A stretch of DNA of 64,000 nt from Thermodesulfobacteriota bacterium. GTDB lineage: Bacteria > Desulfobacterota > Desulfarculia > JACQYL01. Location of the stretch: assembly GCA_963675595.2 (NCBI GenBank), contig CAXXLZ010000002.1:3168001-3232000 (forward strand), read 5' to 3'. How positions within the stretch are numbered: the stretch's first letter is position 1; each line of letters starts with the position of its first letter. Positions 9,534-19,547 of the stretch are shown in pieces. Under the pieces are notes generated by a model. That model did no database searches and was not told the origin of the DNA. It was given only the letters and a program-made list of their open reading frames with translations. The position numbers and the translations under genes are program-made.

Positions 9534-12500
9534 ATGTCGAAAGATAAAACGGGATCCGTGATGGTGGTCGGGGGCGGCATCGCCGGTATGCAAACGGCGC
9601 TGGACCTGGCCGACTCCGGATTCTTCGTGTACCTGGTGGAGCGTTCGTCGTCCATCGGCGGGGTCATGTCCCAACTGGACAAGACGTTCCCCACTGAAGA
9701 CTGCTCGTTATGCATATTGTCCCCCAAACTGGTCGAGGTCGGCCGTCACATCAATATTGAGCTGTTGACGTTGTCGGAAGTGGTTTCCGTTTCCGGGGAA
9801 GAGGGGAATTTCGCGGTGAAGATTCTCCAGCACCCCAGATACATCGATATGAACAAATGCATCGCTTGTGGGGCTTGTGCCGAAAAATGCCCGAAGAAGG
9901 TGGACGATGCGTACAACTGCGACCTGATCAAGCGTAAGGCGATCTATTCAAAATATTCCCAGGCCGTGCCCTTGAAATACGCCATTGATCCCGAACACTG
10001 CATCTACCTGACCAAGGGTAAATGCCGAGCCTGCGAGAAGATCTGTCCGGCGGGAGCGGTCAATTTCGAGGATTGTGAGAAGGAACTGTCTCTGGAGGTG
10101 GGGTCCATCGTCCTTTCTCCCGGGTTCGAGCCCTACAACCCCATGAACTTCGACGGCTACGGCTATGGTCGTTACCCCAACGTGGTCACCAGTCTCGAAT
10201 TCGAACGGATCCTCAGTGCGTCGGGGCCCTTCGGCGGTCACGTGACGCGGCTTTCGGACCACAAAGACGCGAAGAAGATTGCGTGGATCCAGTGTGTAGG
10301 CTCCAGAGACACCCATGAAGGAGCCCTGCCCTATTGTTCCTCCGTGTGCTGCACCTATGCCATCAAGGAAGCCGTGGTGGCCAAAGAGCATGTGAAGGAT
10401 TTGGACGCGGCCGTGTTCTACATCGATATCCGGACCCATGGTAAGGACTTCGAGCGTTCCTATATCAAAGCGCGGGATCGGGCGGGCGTCCGGTTCATCA
10501 AATCCAGAATCTCCTCCATTCGAGAAGTGGGTGACTCCGGAGACCTTCTTATTTGGTATACGGATGAACAGGGAAGACGGGTGGAGGAAACCTTCGATTT
10601 GGCGGTGCTGTCCATCGGTTTGTGTCCAAACCCGGGTGCGGTGCAGTTGGCCCAAAAACTCGGGATCGAATTGGACCATTACGGATATCCCGTTTCGAGC
10701 AGTTTCGAGCCCGTGAGGACTTCCAGGCCCGGCATCTTCGTGTGCGGGGCTTATCAAGGACCCAAGGACATTCCGTCCTCGGTCATGGACGCGGGAGCGT
10801 CGGCTGGGGCTGCGGGCGGTATCCTGGCTCCGGCTCGAGGGAAACTCACGCGAACCAAAGACGTCCCCGAAGAAAGAGACGTGAAGGGCACCGCACCCCG
10901 CATCGGAGTCTTTGTGTGCCGATGCGGGACGAACATCGGAGGGGTCGTCGATGTGGACGCCGTGACGGAATACGCCCAACACTTGCCTTATGTGGCGCAT
11001 GCGGAAGGGAACATGTTCACGTGTTCACAGGACACGCAGGACAATATGGACCGGATCATCCGCGAAAAGGGGCTCAATCGAGTGGTCGTGGCCGCGTGCA
11101 GTCCCCGGACGCACGAGCCGCTGTTCCAGGAAACCATGGTCGCCGCCGGGCTGAACAAGTATCTTTTCGAAATGGCCAATATCCGCAACCATTGTTCCTG
11201 GGTGCACGGTTCGGAACCCGACAAGGCAACGCAGAAAGCCAAGGACCTGGTGCGGATGGCCGTGATCAAGGCCGCGCAACTGGAACCACTTTACGAACAG
11301 AATCTCGGGGTAAACCGGGCCGCGCTCGTGATCGGAGGCGGAGTGGCCGGGTTGACGGCTTCCAAGACCCTCTCGGCTCAAGGATATCAGGTGTATCTGG
11401 TGGAGCGGGAGAACGTCCTGGGCGGCGGAGCCCGAACCCTTTTCCGGACCTGGAAGAGAGAGAACGTAGCGGAGCATCTCGATCGGCTGGTCCGGGAAGT
11501 GGAAAAAGACCCGGGGATCGAGATATTCCTGAATGCGGAGATCAAGCAGGTAGACGGTTTTGTAGGGAATTTCAAGACCACCGTGGACGTTGGAGGAGAG
11601 GATCGACACATCGAGCACGGAGTGGCCATCCTGGCCACGGGGGCCGTGGAATACCGACCCACCGAGTACCTTTACGGCCGGGATGAGCGGGTTGTTACCG
11701 GGCTCGAGCTGGATCGTCTGCTCAAAGAGGAACATCCGCGATTGAAGGATGTCAAGAGCGCCGCCTTCATCCAATGCGTGGGCTGCAGGAATTCAGAGCG
11801 TCCCTACTGCTCGAAGGTGTGCTGCACCCATTCCATTGTCAATGCCCTCGAACTCAAGAAGGTCCGTCCCGAGATGGACGTCTACGTGGTCTACAGGGAT
11901 CTTCGTACCTACGCACTGCGTGAGGACGTGTATCGGGAAGCCCGGGAAAAGGGCGTCCTCTTTCTACGCTACGATTATGAAAAAGGCCTGGATGTCACCG
12001 CGGGAGATCAGGGACTTCAACTTCACTTCACGGATACGCTGTTGAATCGGAAGGTGGAGGTGCCGGCGGATTTGGTGATTCTGGCCGCAGCCGTCGTCGC
12101 GCCGGAAATGGGTTTCCTGGCCCAGCACTTCAAGGTCCCCGTGAACGACGACGGCTTTTTCGTGGAAGCCCACGTAAAGCTGAGACCCGTGGATTTCGCC
12201 ACGGACGGGGTCTTCGTCTGCGGTCTGGCTCACGCCCCCAAGTCCCTGGATGAATCCGTGGCCCAGGCACAAGCGGCGGCCGCTCGAGCGGTGACGGTGC
12301 TGAGCAGGACGGGGCTCCGAGTCGGAGGCGTCGTCTCGAGCATCAACCAGCAGTTTTGCACCGGATGTAAGGTTTGCGTCACCGTTTGTCCTTTCAAGGC
12401 GATTCAACTGAACGATAAAGGCAAGGCGGAAGTCAACGAGGCACTTTGCAAAGGATGCGGCCTGTGCGTTTCGTCGTGTCGCTCCGGTGCGCCTGAGCTC

Positions 12501-12554
12501 AAAGGATTTACCGATGGGGAAATCTTCGGCCAGATAGAAGCATTCGCCCTCTAA
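9534..12554 (+). CDS. hdrA: HdrA-like heterodisulfide reductase flavoprotein (1006 aa), cysteine form
   Basis: [18 protein letters not shown]...LDKTFPTEDCSLCILSPK; colinear and highly similar to 5262-8279 over the full length. Confidence 0.93.
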   Translation: MSKDKTGSVMVVGGGIAGMQTALDLADSGFFVYLVERSSSIGGVMSQLDKTFPTEDCSLCILSPKLVEVGRHINIELLTLSEVVSVSGEEGNFAVKILQHPRYIDMNKCIACGACAEKCPKKVDDAYNCDLIKRKAIYSKYSQAVPLKYAIDPEHCIYLTKGKCRACEKICPAGAVNFEDCEKELSLEVGSIVLSPGFEPYNPMNFDGYGYGRYPNVVTSLEFERILSASGPFGGHVTRLSDHKDAKKIAWIQCVGSRDTHEGALPYCSSVCCTYAIKEAVVAKEHVKDLDAAVFYIDIRTHGKDFERSYIKARDRAGVRFIKSRISSIREVGDSGDLLIWYTDEQGRRVEETFDLAVLSIGLCPNPGAVQLAQKLGIELDHYGYPVSSSFEPVRTSRPGIFVCGAYQGPKDIPSSVMDAGASAGAAGGILAPARGKLTRTKDVPEERDVKGTAPRIGVFVCRCGTNIGGVVDVDAVTEYAQHLPYVAHAEGNMFTCSQDTQDNMDRIIREKGLNRVVVAACSPRTHEPLFQETMVAAGLNKYLFEMANIRNHCSWVHGSEPDKATQKAKDLVRMAVIKAAQLEPLYEQNLGVNRAALVIGGGVAGLTASKTLSAQGYQVYLVERENVLGGGARTLFRTWKRENVAEHLDRLVREVEKDPGIEIFLNAEIKQVDGFVGNFKTTVDVGGEDRHIEHGVAILATGAVEYRPTEYLYGRDERVVTGLELDRLLKEEHPRLKDVKSAAFIQCVGCRNSERPYCSKVCCTHSIVNALELKKVRPEMDVYVVYRDLRTYALREDVYREAREKGVLFLRYDYEKGLDVTAGDQGLQLHFTDTLLNRKVEVPADLVILAAAVVAPEMGFLAQHFKVPVNDDGFFVEAHVKLRPVDFATDGVFVCGLAHAPKSLDESVAQAQAAAARAVTVLSRTGLRVGGVVSSINQQFCTGCKVCVTVCPFKAIQLNDKGKAEVNEALCKGCGLCVSSCRSGAPELKGFTDGEIFGQIEAFAL

Positions 12555-12584
12555 CAAGGCGGGTGGAGTGCATGGAGTTCGAAT

Positions 12585-12625
12585 CCGGGGGAGTTTTTGA
12601 ATCAAAAAGCTCCCCCGGAATTTTT
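12585..12625 (+). terminator. Rho-independent terminator-like hairpin
   Basis: CCGGGGGAGTTTTTG-AAT-CAAAAAGCTCCCCCGG followed by AATTTTT. Confidence 0.6.
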
Positions 12626-12722
12626 CCCGTCGAACCGTGCCGCGGCGTTCCCGAGTTTTTGGTTTGAAAGGCTTCCTTCGCGCCCGTATCATGATTGTTC
12701 ACAGGTGGATGAAAGGACGGTC

Positions 12723-14558
12723 ATGGAGATCCTTCGGAAGGTCTATTTCGGCGCCGGCACGTGGATCAGTATCGGCATTTTCTGGGTTCTTTCTCTGGCC
12801 TTCAGGCTGGACCCCGGCATTTCCGCTTTGTTGGCGACGGCCTATGCTCTGCTCTACACGCTTGTCGCATTGGCCGCTCGACGGGTGACCAAGCTGGACT
12901 ACGGCGTCATCCTTTTCTTCGCCGTGGGCGCGGCTCTGACTTTGTCCGGTTCCCGACTGGGTATGCTGTACCTGTTCAATTACTTCTCCGCCTTCCTGTT
13001 CCTGTTCCTTTTCTTGATGGCCTACCTTCCGATCGTTTTCGGCAAGGAACCGTTCACCACGGCTTTTGCCAAGCGTACGACTCCACAGGCCTTCTGGGGC
13101 AGCGACCTTTTTCTTGAAATCAATCGTCGGATGACCCTGGTTTGGGCCGGTTTGTTTGCGGCGTCGGGGCTCATGAGCCTGATTCCGGGTTTCTGGACCC
13201 AGGCCGTGGCGCCCGCCGTTCTGTTGATCGGAGTGGGCGTGCCCCTGAACCTGCGATTTCCGGACTACTATTTGCGGAAGAAGGGCTTGGGGGGCTTTCT
13301 TAAAGACTCCGAAACCGCGCCGGCTTCCATGCCGGCAGGCGATTCCGCCGGGATGGAGCCCGGGGCCGTGAGCGAACGGACCTGGGAGGGACCGGATCTG
13401 TTTCCGGAAAACGAAGACTCCGAAGTGGACGAAAGGAGAGCCCGGCAAGCCGAAACGCTGGGTCCGGTCAAGAACATGGTGGTGGTCTTGGGAAGCCCGC
13501 GGGGAGCCAAGGGATTTACCTATCATTGCCTGGCGCCTTTCCTGGAAGGAGTCCGTGAATCCGGCATCGAGCCGGAAATTGTTCATCTTCATGAGCATAA
13601 GGTTCGGGGCTGCTCCGGGTGCTTTTCCTGCTGGACGGGAACGCCGGGAGAGTGCATCCACAAAGACGATGCGGCGGAGCTGAGAAGGAAAATCGCTTCG
13701 GCGGATTTGGTGGTCTATGCTCAGCCTTTGTATGTGTTCTCGGTTCCAGGGATCGTCAAGAATCTCCTGGACCGGATGATCCCCGGGTTCCAGCCGTTTT
13801 TGATCGAAACGCCGCAAGGCGTCACAGGGCATCCCGAGCGGGACGGACACGGTTTTGGTCGCCGAATCGTGGTGTTATCGGTGTGCGGCTTCCCGGAGGT
13901 CGTCCATTTTCGACCGTTGGTCTTCATGTTTCGGGCCATGGCCGGGGCGAGCGGCAAAGTCCTTTGCGGGGAGTTGCTCAGGCCGGCTTCCGAATCCCTC
14001 CGGGCGGGGGAGCAGCTGGGACCGATTTACGGTGAGGTGATGGAGTCGTTTCGCCGTGCCGGAAGGGAAGCCGCTTCCCGGGGATGGGTATCGCGGGCCT
14101 CTGAACGGGCCGTATCACGGCCCATTACTACCAATGTGGATGGGTTCCGGGTCGCCGCCAACGAGTTTTGGAAGGCCTGGGCGGAGTATGAAAGGCTGAA
14201 ACAATGCGGAACTCCGGTTCCGAATTTGGACACTTTTCTCGCGCAATCTCCCGGCATGATGTTGGCGGGTATGGCTTCCGCCTTCGATCCGGAAAAGGCT
14301 CGGGGGTTTGAGGGGATCTTCCAGTTTGACGTGACCGGGGAGCGCGGCGGCGCATATTTTATCGAAATCGTCAACGGCAAGTGTGACTTTCACGAAGGAG
14401 AAGCTGCGAATCCCACCGTAGTGATTCATACCCCCATGGACGTATGGCTTGCCGTGGCGTCCAAAGAGGTTTCCGGTCAGGAAGCCCTGCTCAAAGGCAT
14501 GTACACGGTGGAAGGGGACGTGGGCGCATTGGTCAAGTTGGGGGAAATCTTTTCATGA
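12723..14558 (+). CDS. Membrane protein + iron-sulfur flavoprotein (flavodoxin-like FMN reductase) + SCP2 domain fusion
   Basis: About 6 N-terminal TM helices; LGSPRG..G.T FMN loop; CSGCFSCWTGTPGEC motif; PLYVFSVPG; C-terminal FQFDVTGE...GQEALLKGMYTVEGD SCP2 pattern. Confidence 0.8.
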   Translation: MEILRKVYFGAGTWISIGIFWVLSLAFRLDPGISALLATAYALLYTLVALAARRVTKLDYGVILFFAVGAALTLSGSRLGMLYLFNYFSAFLFLFLFLMAYLPIVFGKEPFTTAFAKRTTPQAFWGSDLFLEINRRMTLVWAGLFAASGLMSLIPGFWTQAVAPAVLLIGVGVPLNLRFPDYYLRKKGLGGFLKDSETAPASMPAGDSAGMEPGAVSERTWEGPDLFPENEDSEVDERRARQAETLGPVKNMVVVLGSPRGAKGFTYHCLAPFLEGVRESGIEPEIVHLHEHKVRGCSGCFSCWTGTPGECIHKDDAAELRRKIASADLVVYAQPLYVFSVPGIVKNLLDRMIPGFQPFLIETPQGVTGHPERDGHGFGRRIVVLSVCGFPEVVHFRPLVFMFRAMAGASGKVLCGELLRPASESLRAGEQLGPIYGEVMESFRRAGREAASRGWVSRASERAVSRPITTNVDGFRVAANEFWKAWAEYERLKQCGTPVPNLDTFLAQSPGMMLAGMASAFDPEKARGFEGIFQFDVTGERGGAYFIEIVNGKCDFHEGEAANPTVVIHTPMDVWLAVASKEVSGQEALLKGMYTVEGDVGALVKLGEIFS

Positions 14559-14637
14559 TCCGATAAAGTGAACCAAGGGCCTGCATCGCAAAAACGGCCT
14601 AATGTTCCGTCGGGACAGGGTGTTCTCCCTCCGCGCT

Positions 14638-16329
14638 TCAAGATTCTTGGACAGGCTCTTTCCACACCCGGTCAAGAAACAAGTAAAGGCTGGGGTGGGG
14701 GCTGAGGCCGCAAACGCCTTTCCCGGCGACCATCCAAGCGTTCCTCCAGTAGCTGATCCCCACCGATCCTCGATCTTTTTGGATCTTTTCCAGTTTGCAG
14801 AACATCTTCTTTCTCTCCGCCGGATCGATGGTTGTATTTGCCGCAGCCAGAAGGCGGGAGAACTCGGGGTCCGTCCAGCGGGTTTCATTCCAGGGAACCG
14901 GTTTTCCATCTTTGTCCGAACTGTAGGCCAGGTTCAATACCATGGTGCCGAGAGGACGATGAACCCAGGGGGTGATGCCGAAGTCGATGTCCATCCATTG
15001 CTTCCGGTATTCCCGGTTGGTGATGGGATGGAGTCGAATGCGGAATCCCGCGGGTGCGGCGTCCCGTTTAAGAATTTCGGCGTACGTAAGGACGTCCTTC
15101 CATCCCTCTCCGAAAATCAGCTCGACGTCCAAGCCCTGAGGGTATCCCGCCTGCCCGAGCAACTGCCTCGCTTTCTCGGGATCATACCCGGGGGGAATCT
15201 GTTCGCAGTATTCCGGGTGATGAGGATGGACGTGGAAGTCTTGTCCAATGAATCCTTGTCCAAAGTATGCTTGATCCAGAATGTTTTGTCGATGCTGACA
15301 AAGCTTCATTGCGGATCGAACCCGATTGTCGGACCACGGAGCGCGATCGACTCTCATGCGAAGGACGCGTGCGTGTGCCGCGGCCACGGAGGCGAGGGTC
15401 ACGTCCGAAAGGTCGCGAGTTGCCTCGTAAACCTCCGACCCGCCGCTGTCACCCAAATCCACGATGTCCACGAGTCCTTTTCCCAGTGCTTCGATCTGAG
15501 GAATGATGTCGGATCCCATGTCGATGAAGCGAATTTCATCCAGATAGGGAAGAGGCTTTCCGTCCGGTCCCTTGATCCTGTAATCGGGCCTTCGCTTGAG
15601 GACGCATCGTTCTCCGGGCGAAAGCTCGGCCAGGACATAGGGCCCGGTCCCGTGGGGTCTCTTCAGGAAATCTCCCTCGAAGGTTCTGTGGTTCAGGATC
15701 ACGGCGGGGTAGTGGAACAGGTGTTCGGGCAGAGCGATTTCCGGTCGGTCGAGATGCAGGGTCACCTGGTATCGGCCGGTCTTTTCAATGCCCGAGGGAG
15801 ACAGGTAGTCTCCTAGAATCCCTCGCATGGAGGAATCGATTTCCGGATCCAGCCACTGTCTCATGGAGAAAATAACGTCGTCGGCGGTACACTCGTCTCC
15901 GTTGTTGAAACGAAGATCGTTTCTGAGCGTGAGGCGCCACGTGGTGAGGTCGAAGCTTACCTCCCAGTGATCGAGGAGATAGGGATGTGTGATGTTTCTT
16001 TGGTCCGTAAAGGTCAGGTACTCGGCCACCTGACGAATCTGGTTCGACGGGGAAACCCAGGCCAATCGAGCCGGATGATCCACTTTCTGCACAGGGGCCG
16101 CCACTCGCAGCAAGCCGCCTCTGCCGGCGGACGCGTAGGCTGTTGAAGCTCGAGTCGTACCGAAAAACGCGGAAGATAGGCCGAGCAGCGCGGTATATCT
16201 AAGGAACTCGCGGCGTGTGATCCCTCCCGTCGCAAGTCCGTGGGCCAATTCCTCCATCAAGGGATGCGACTTGCCGGGCCTGTCGGATTTGGCCGCGAAA
16301 AAAGCCGACCGATTGCTGAAGTCTTTCAT
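14638..16329 (-). CDS. ABC transporter substrate-binding protein family 5 (DppA/OppA-like), Tat-exported
   Basis: TRREFLR twin-arginine motif; LRNDLRFNNG..CTADDVIFS, GTGPY and YDPEKARQLL motifs; start ATG 16329 behind GAAGGGGG. Confidence 0.88.
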   Translation of the reverse strand: MKDFSNRSAFFAAKSDRPGKSHPLMEELAHGLATGGITRREFLRYTALLGLSSAFFGTTRASTAYASAGRGGLLRVAAPVQKVDHPARLAWVSPSNQIRQVAEYLTFTDQRNITHPYLLDHWEVSFDLTTWRLTLRNDLRFNNGDECTADDVIFSMRQWLDPEIDSSMRGILGDYLSPSGIEKTGRYQVTLHLDRPEIALPEHLFHYPAVILNHRTFEGDFLKRPHGTGPYVLAELSPGERCVLKRRPDYRIKGPDGKPLPYLDEIRFIDMGSDIIPQIEALGKGLVDIVDLGDSGGSEVYEATRDLSDVTLASVAAAHARVLRMRVDRAPWSDNRVRSAMKLCQHRQNILDQAYFGQGFIGQDFHVHPHHPEYCEQIPPGYDPEKARQLLGQAGYPQGLDVELIFGEGWKDVLTYAEILKRDAAPAGFRIRLHPITNREYRKQWMDIDFGITPWVHRPLGTMVLNLAYSSDKDGKPVPWNETRWTDPEFSRLLAAANTTIDPAERKKMFCKLEKIQKDRGSVGISYWRNAWMVAGKGVCGLSPHPSLYLFLDRVWKEPVQES

Positions 16330-16546
16330 GACACCCCCTTCAGAGCTTCCTCCGCAGACTTTCGGGAGGGGATCAGCGTTGCAGGCGGATCGTGCCGGGC
16401 GACATCGCCTGATCACGGACTTGTCGGAGCACGCATTCAACGCGCTCTTGGATTCGCCACACCCATGGTTCCTGCAGCCCCCTCCCGCGTCATGCGCGCC
16501 CAAGGAGCCCATCGTTTAGGGAAACCAATGGAGCCGGACAATAGAC

Positions 16547-17062
16547 TCATACGACCGTCTCGCCGTCTTCTTCATACAGGAAAGGCGCTATTTCCCCTTT
16601 TCGGGCCTCCATCAAGGAACCCAGACGCATCAGGGCCGCCAGAATCATCAGCTGTTCCCACTCTTCAAGTTTCTGGAATCGGACCTGAAAGGACTCCTGA
16701 AGGAATGGCGGCGCGGCCGCGAGAAGCTGCTCACAGGAAGGCGTGGTCCGTACCAGAACCTTTCTGCGATCTTCGGTGCTTCGATTGCGCGTCACCAGAC
16801 TGCGCGCTTCCAAGCGGTCGATGATGCCGGTCACCGTGGCTTGCCCCAGACTCACCGCCTTGGCGAGGTCTCCGATGGGGACTTCCCCCATTTTGGATAA
16901 CTCTTGGAGGATGACGAGTTGCGGACCTGTGAGGCCGTATCGGTGAACGAGATACCTGGAATGACGGTCGATCGTTTGAATGATGCGACGTAACGCGATC
17001 ATCACCTCATGGGTCACGGATTTACCGTCAAGAAGCTCATTTGCACGTAAATTTGGGGTCAT
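16547..17062 (-). CDS. MarR family transcriptional regulator
   Basis: GLTGPQLVIL...LAKAVSLGQATVTGIIDRLEARSLV.R.RS.EDRR winged HTH. Confidence 0.9.
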   Translation of the reverse strand: MTPNLRANELLDGKSVTHEVMIALRRIIQTIDRHSRYLVHRYGLTGPQLVILQELSKMGEVPIGDLAKAVSLGQATVTGIIDRLEARSLVTRNRSTEDRRKVLVRTTPSCEQLLAAAPPFLQESFQVRFQKLEEWEQLMILAALMRLGSLMEARKGEIAPFLYEEDGETVV

Positions 17063-17233
17063 TTTTTCACGAAATTATGGCACGGAAAACCGAAGGAGCC
17101 GATCCTGTTTCCGAAAGCCGGTTGTCGACACGCTCCCGCACACCGTTTGGCCACCCTCCGGCGTTGGCGAAAACATGTCGTGTTTTATCAGTTATTCAGA
17201 ACAGTTATAGAATAGGTACTTCTATGTTCTCTG

Positions 17234-18994
17234 TCAACGTTCGTATGCCGGAGACTCTAGCCGCCGGCCGATCTGGGGGGAGCTGGAGACCTCTTTGGAA
17301 ACCGGATCTCTGTGAGGGAGGATGTCGTGACAATAGCGGTACCAGATGCTTTGACGCCAGGCGGCGTCCAGGTTTTGGCCGGAAGCTTTCAAGTCGCCCC
17401 GGAGCAGGGCGCGAACGCTGGACCCTAAGGGCCGCATGCCGACGACCGGTTTGGCGGAGTTGCACAGGCAGGCATAGAACAGGAGTAGAAAACACAGCAC
17501 CTTGAACAAAGCCCGTCGCCTTTCGGTCAGCCTCCAAGGGGGCAGCAGAAAGGCCGTGCTGAAGGCTCCGCAGGCGAAAAACACGCTGAAATAGGATACG
17601 TTTTCAGGGTGCCATTCTCCAACCAGGGCGATGAGGAGAAAGTACGCGGAAAGGCCCAGCATGGTGGTCTTCAGCCGCCTCGGTCCCCTGAACAGGCCGT
17701 AAACGACCGAAGGAAGCACAAGAAGGAATCCAAGGGGCCCGAACCAGGAGAGCCTCTCGTCCGGAAACCACGTCAAATGGAACGGAATGCAGGCCTCGGG
17801 GTCCGACGGAACCCAGGACACCACCAAATGGTAAATATGCTCCATCCAGACCAAAGGGCTCCATCCGGTGAATTCCCGGAACAAGATTTCGATCGGACGG
17901 GGAAGCTCGGCGCTCTCGATCAGGTATCGGAAAAGGTTGTCTACAGCCCCGATCAGCCCTCCGGTACTCGGCGGCATGTGGAACGGAGGTGTGGAGCCCA
18001 CCCAGGGCGCCCCATTGAGTACGTTGATCAGAAAGACCCAGCCTTGGGAAAACAGGAGAATCGCCGGCATGGGCAGAATCCAGTTTCGTTTTCGGCTTGA
18101 TATGAGGTGAACCCAATACGCGGCTCCATGTCTCGGAAAGAGCACCATGCACGAAAGTACGGCGGCCACCGCGGGAAAGGCGAAACAGAGCCGCCCGTCC
18201 CATAGACAGAAAAAGATGCCCAGGATCAAGAGAGTGAGATCATGCGCCGAGGGCTGTTCCGCGAGGCGGTACAGCACCAGAAGACAAAAGACCCCGCCGG
18301 CGGCGGGAATGATTTCCGCTCCCGGTGTGGTGGCGTGAAGAACGAGTCTGGGGAAACCGACGGCCACCAGGGTGACGGTGAAGGCGAGAGGAACCCAAGC
18401 GTAACGGCGAGCCAGAGCGTAAGTGCAGAAAGCGATGGATAAGTACCCGGTGAAGCCGAGGAGGCCGATCCCCAGGCGGGTTGGGTTTCGAAGAAACAGA
18501 CGGCACAGAATGAGCGAGTTCAAAGGGGGGAGGGCTGCGACGGTCGTTTTGGTTGTGACGGGCTCTCCACCGTTTCCAACGGCGGCAAGCAGATCCAGGT
18601 AAGGCCAAGGTTCGAGGTTCGGAGGCAGAAGATAGGCTTGAACGGCGAGATAACTCCAGGCAATGACCAACAAGGCGCTGGAAATGGGCCGTTCCTTGAT
18701 GAAAACCGACATTCTCCCACGGGCCTCGGAACAGAGATTTCGTTTGCGGTAGAGCATGAACAAAGCCGCCGCCGCGGAACAGAATTCAAGGACGGGGGCG
18801 ATGACGGGCAGATTTGAAAGAAACGCCGATTGGTAGATGAAGGAAAGCAACATGAAGGAGCAAATCACAGCGTAGCCCCCGGCTTCGGCCAGGGTGTTGC
18901 CGCGTGAACGAAAAAAGCAGAAACCGCCCAGAATAAACAGAAGCAGCTCTGCGATGGACATCATCGCCCATAGATGGGCTTCCATTGAGATCAT
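17234..18994 (-). CDS. Polytopic membrane protein, possibly GT-C glycosyltransferase-like
   Basis: More than 12 hydrophobic segments with extracytoplasmic loops; no diagnostic motif recognised. Confidence 0.55.
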   Translation of the reverse strand: MISMEAHLWAMMSIAELLLFILGGFCFFRSRGNTLAEAGGYAVICSFMLLSFIYQSAFLSNLPVIAPVLEFCSAAAALFMLYRKRNLCSEARGRMSVFIKERPISSALLVIAWSYLAVQAYLLPPNLEPWPYLDLLAAVGNGGEPVTTKTTVAALPPLNSLILCRLFLRNPTRLGIGLLGFTGYLSIAFCTYALARRYAWVPLAFTVTLVAVGFPRLVLHATTPGAEIIPAAGGVFCLLVLYRLAEQPSAHDLTLLILGIFFCLWDGRLCFAFPAVAAVLSCMVLFPRHGAAYWVHLISSRKRNWILPMPAILLFSQGWVFLINVLNGAPWVGSTPPFHMPPSTGGLIGAVDNLFRYLIESAELPRPIEILFREFTGWSPLVWMEHIYHLVVSWVPSDPEACIPFHLTWFPDERLSWFGPLGFLLVLPSVVYGLFRGPRRLKTTMLGLSAYFLLIALVGEWHPENVSYFSVFFACGAFSTAFLLPPWRLTERRRALFKVLCFLLLFYACLCNSAKPVVGMRPLGSSVRALLRGDLKASGQNLDAAWRQSIWYRYCHDILPHRDPVSKEVSSSPQIGRRLESPAYER

Positions 18995-19122
18995 TATTCC
19001 ACCGAGGACGAAAATTCATTTTCACGCACGATTGATTCTCGTCGCGTAATGCCGGAGTGAATAAGTGTGCAACGACCTATCGTCGGCTCTTTCGATCAAT
19101 TGCCCGGTATCCCTCGGCATGC

Positions 19123-19482
19123 CTAATCCGTAGAGCCCGCCCCGGACCTTTCCGCGTCCTTGAGGGACTCTTTGGACTTCAGGTCTTCCACGATTTCCAC
19201 CATGAAGCGGTGCATATCACGAGCCAGCCGTAAGCATTCAGGGCAGTAGACCTTCTTGCGCAGTTTTCCGTGAACTTCGGTCTGGTGTCGGTACCAGGCC
19301 CCATAGGGGGAACCCTTGCAGAACTTCTGGCCCGTGTATTCGGCGATGGGGCACCCGAAGCAGACCAATACGTAATGAATCCGGCAGGGCGGGCAGTCCA
19401 GGACGCCTCCGTCCGACCCGCTTCCTCCGATAATCCGTTCCCACTTCCGAACGGAAGCCTCCATGATACGGGTCTTGATCAT
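19123..19482 (-). CDS. Small cysteine-rich hypothetical protein
   Basis: 119 aa with CPPC, CFGC, a lone Cys and CPEC; RBS-like AAGGGA upstream. Confidence 0.7.
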   Translation of the reverse strand: MIKTRIMEASVRKWERIIGGSGSDGGVLDCPPCRIHYVLVCFGCPIAEYTGQKFCKGSPYGAWYRHQTEVHGKLRKKVYCPECLRLARDMHRFMVEIVEDLKSKESLKDAERSGAGSTD

Positions 19483-19547
19483 TGTCTCATCCCTTCTACC
19501 GCTTACGTTTTCGTTGTTCCTTCCTTGTTTCGCCGGTGAAGCGGGCG

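Noticed and set aside
5262-12554. hdrA and fdh duplications as assembly artefacts
   Set aside because: The copies differ at many synonymous and non-synonymous sites and have distinct flanks.
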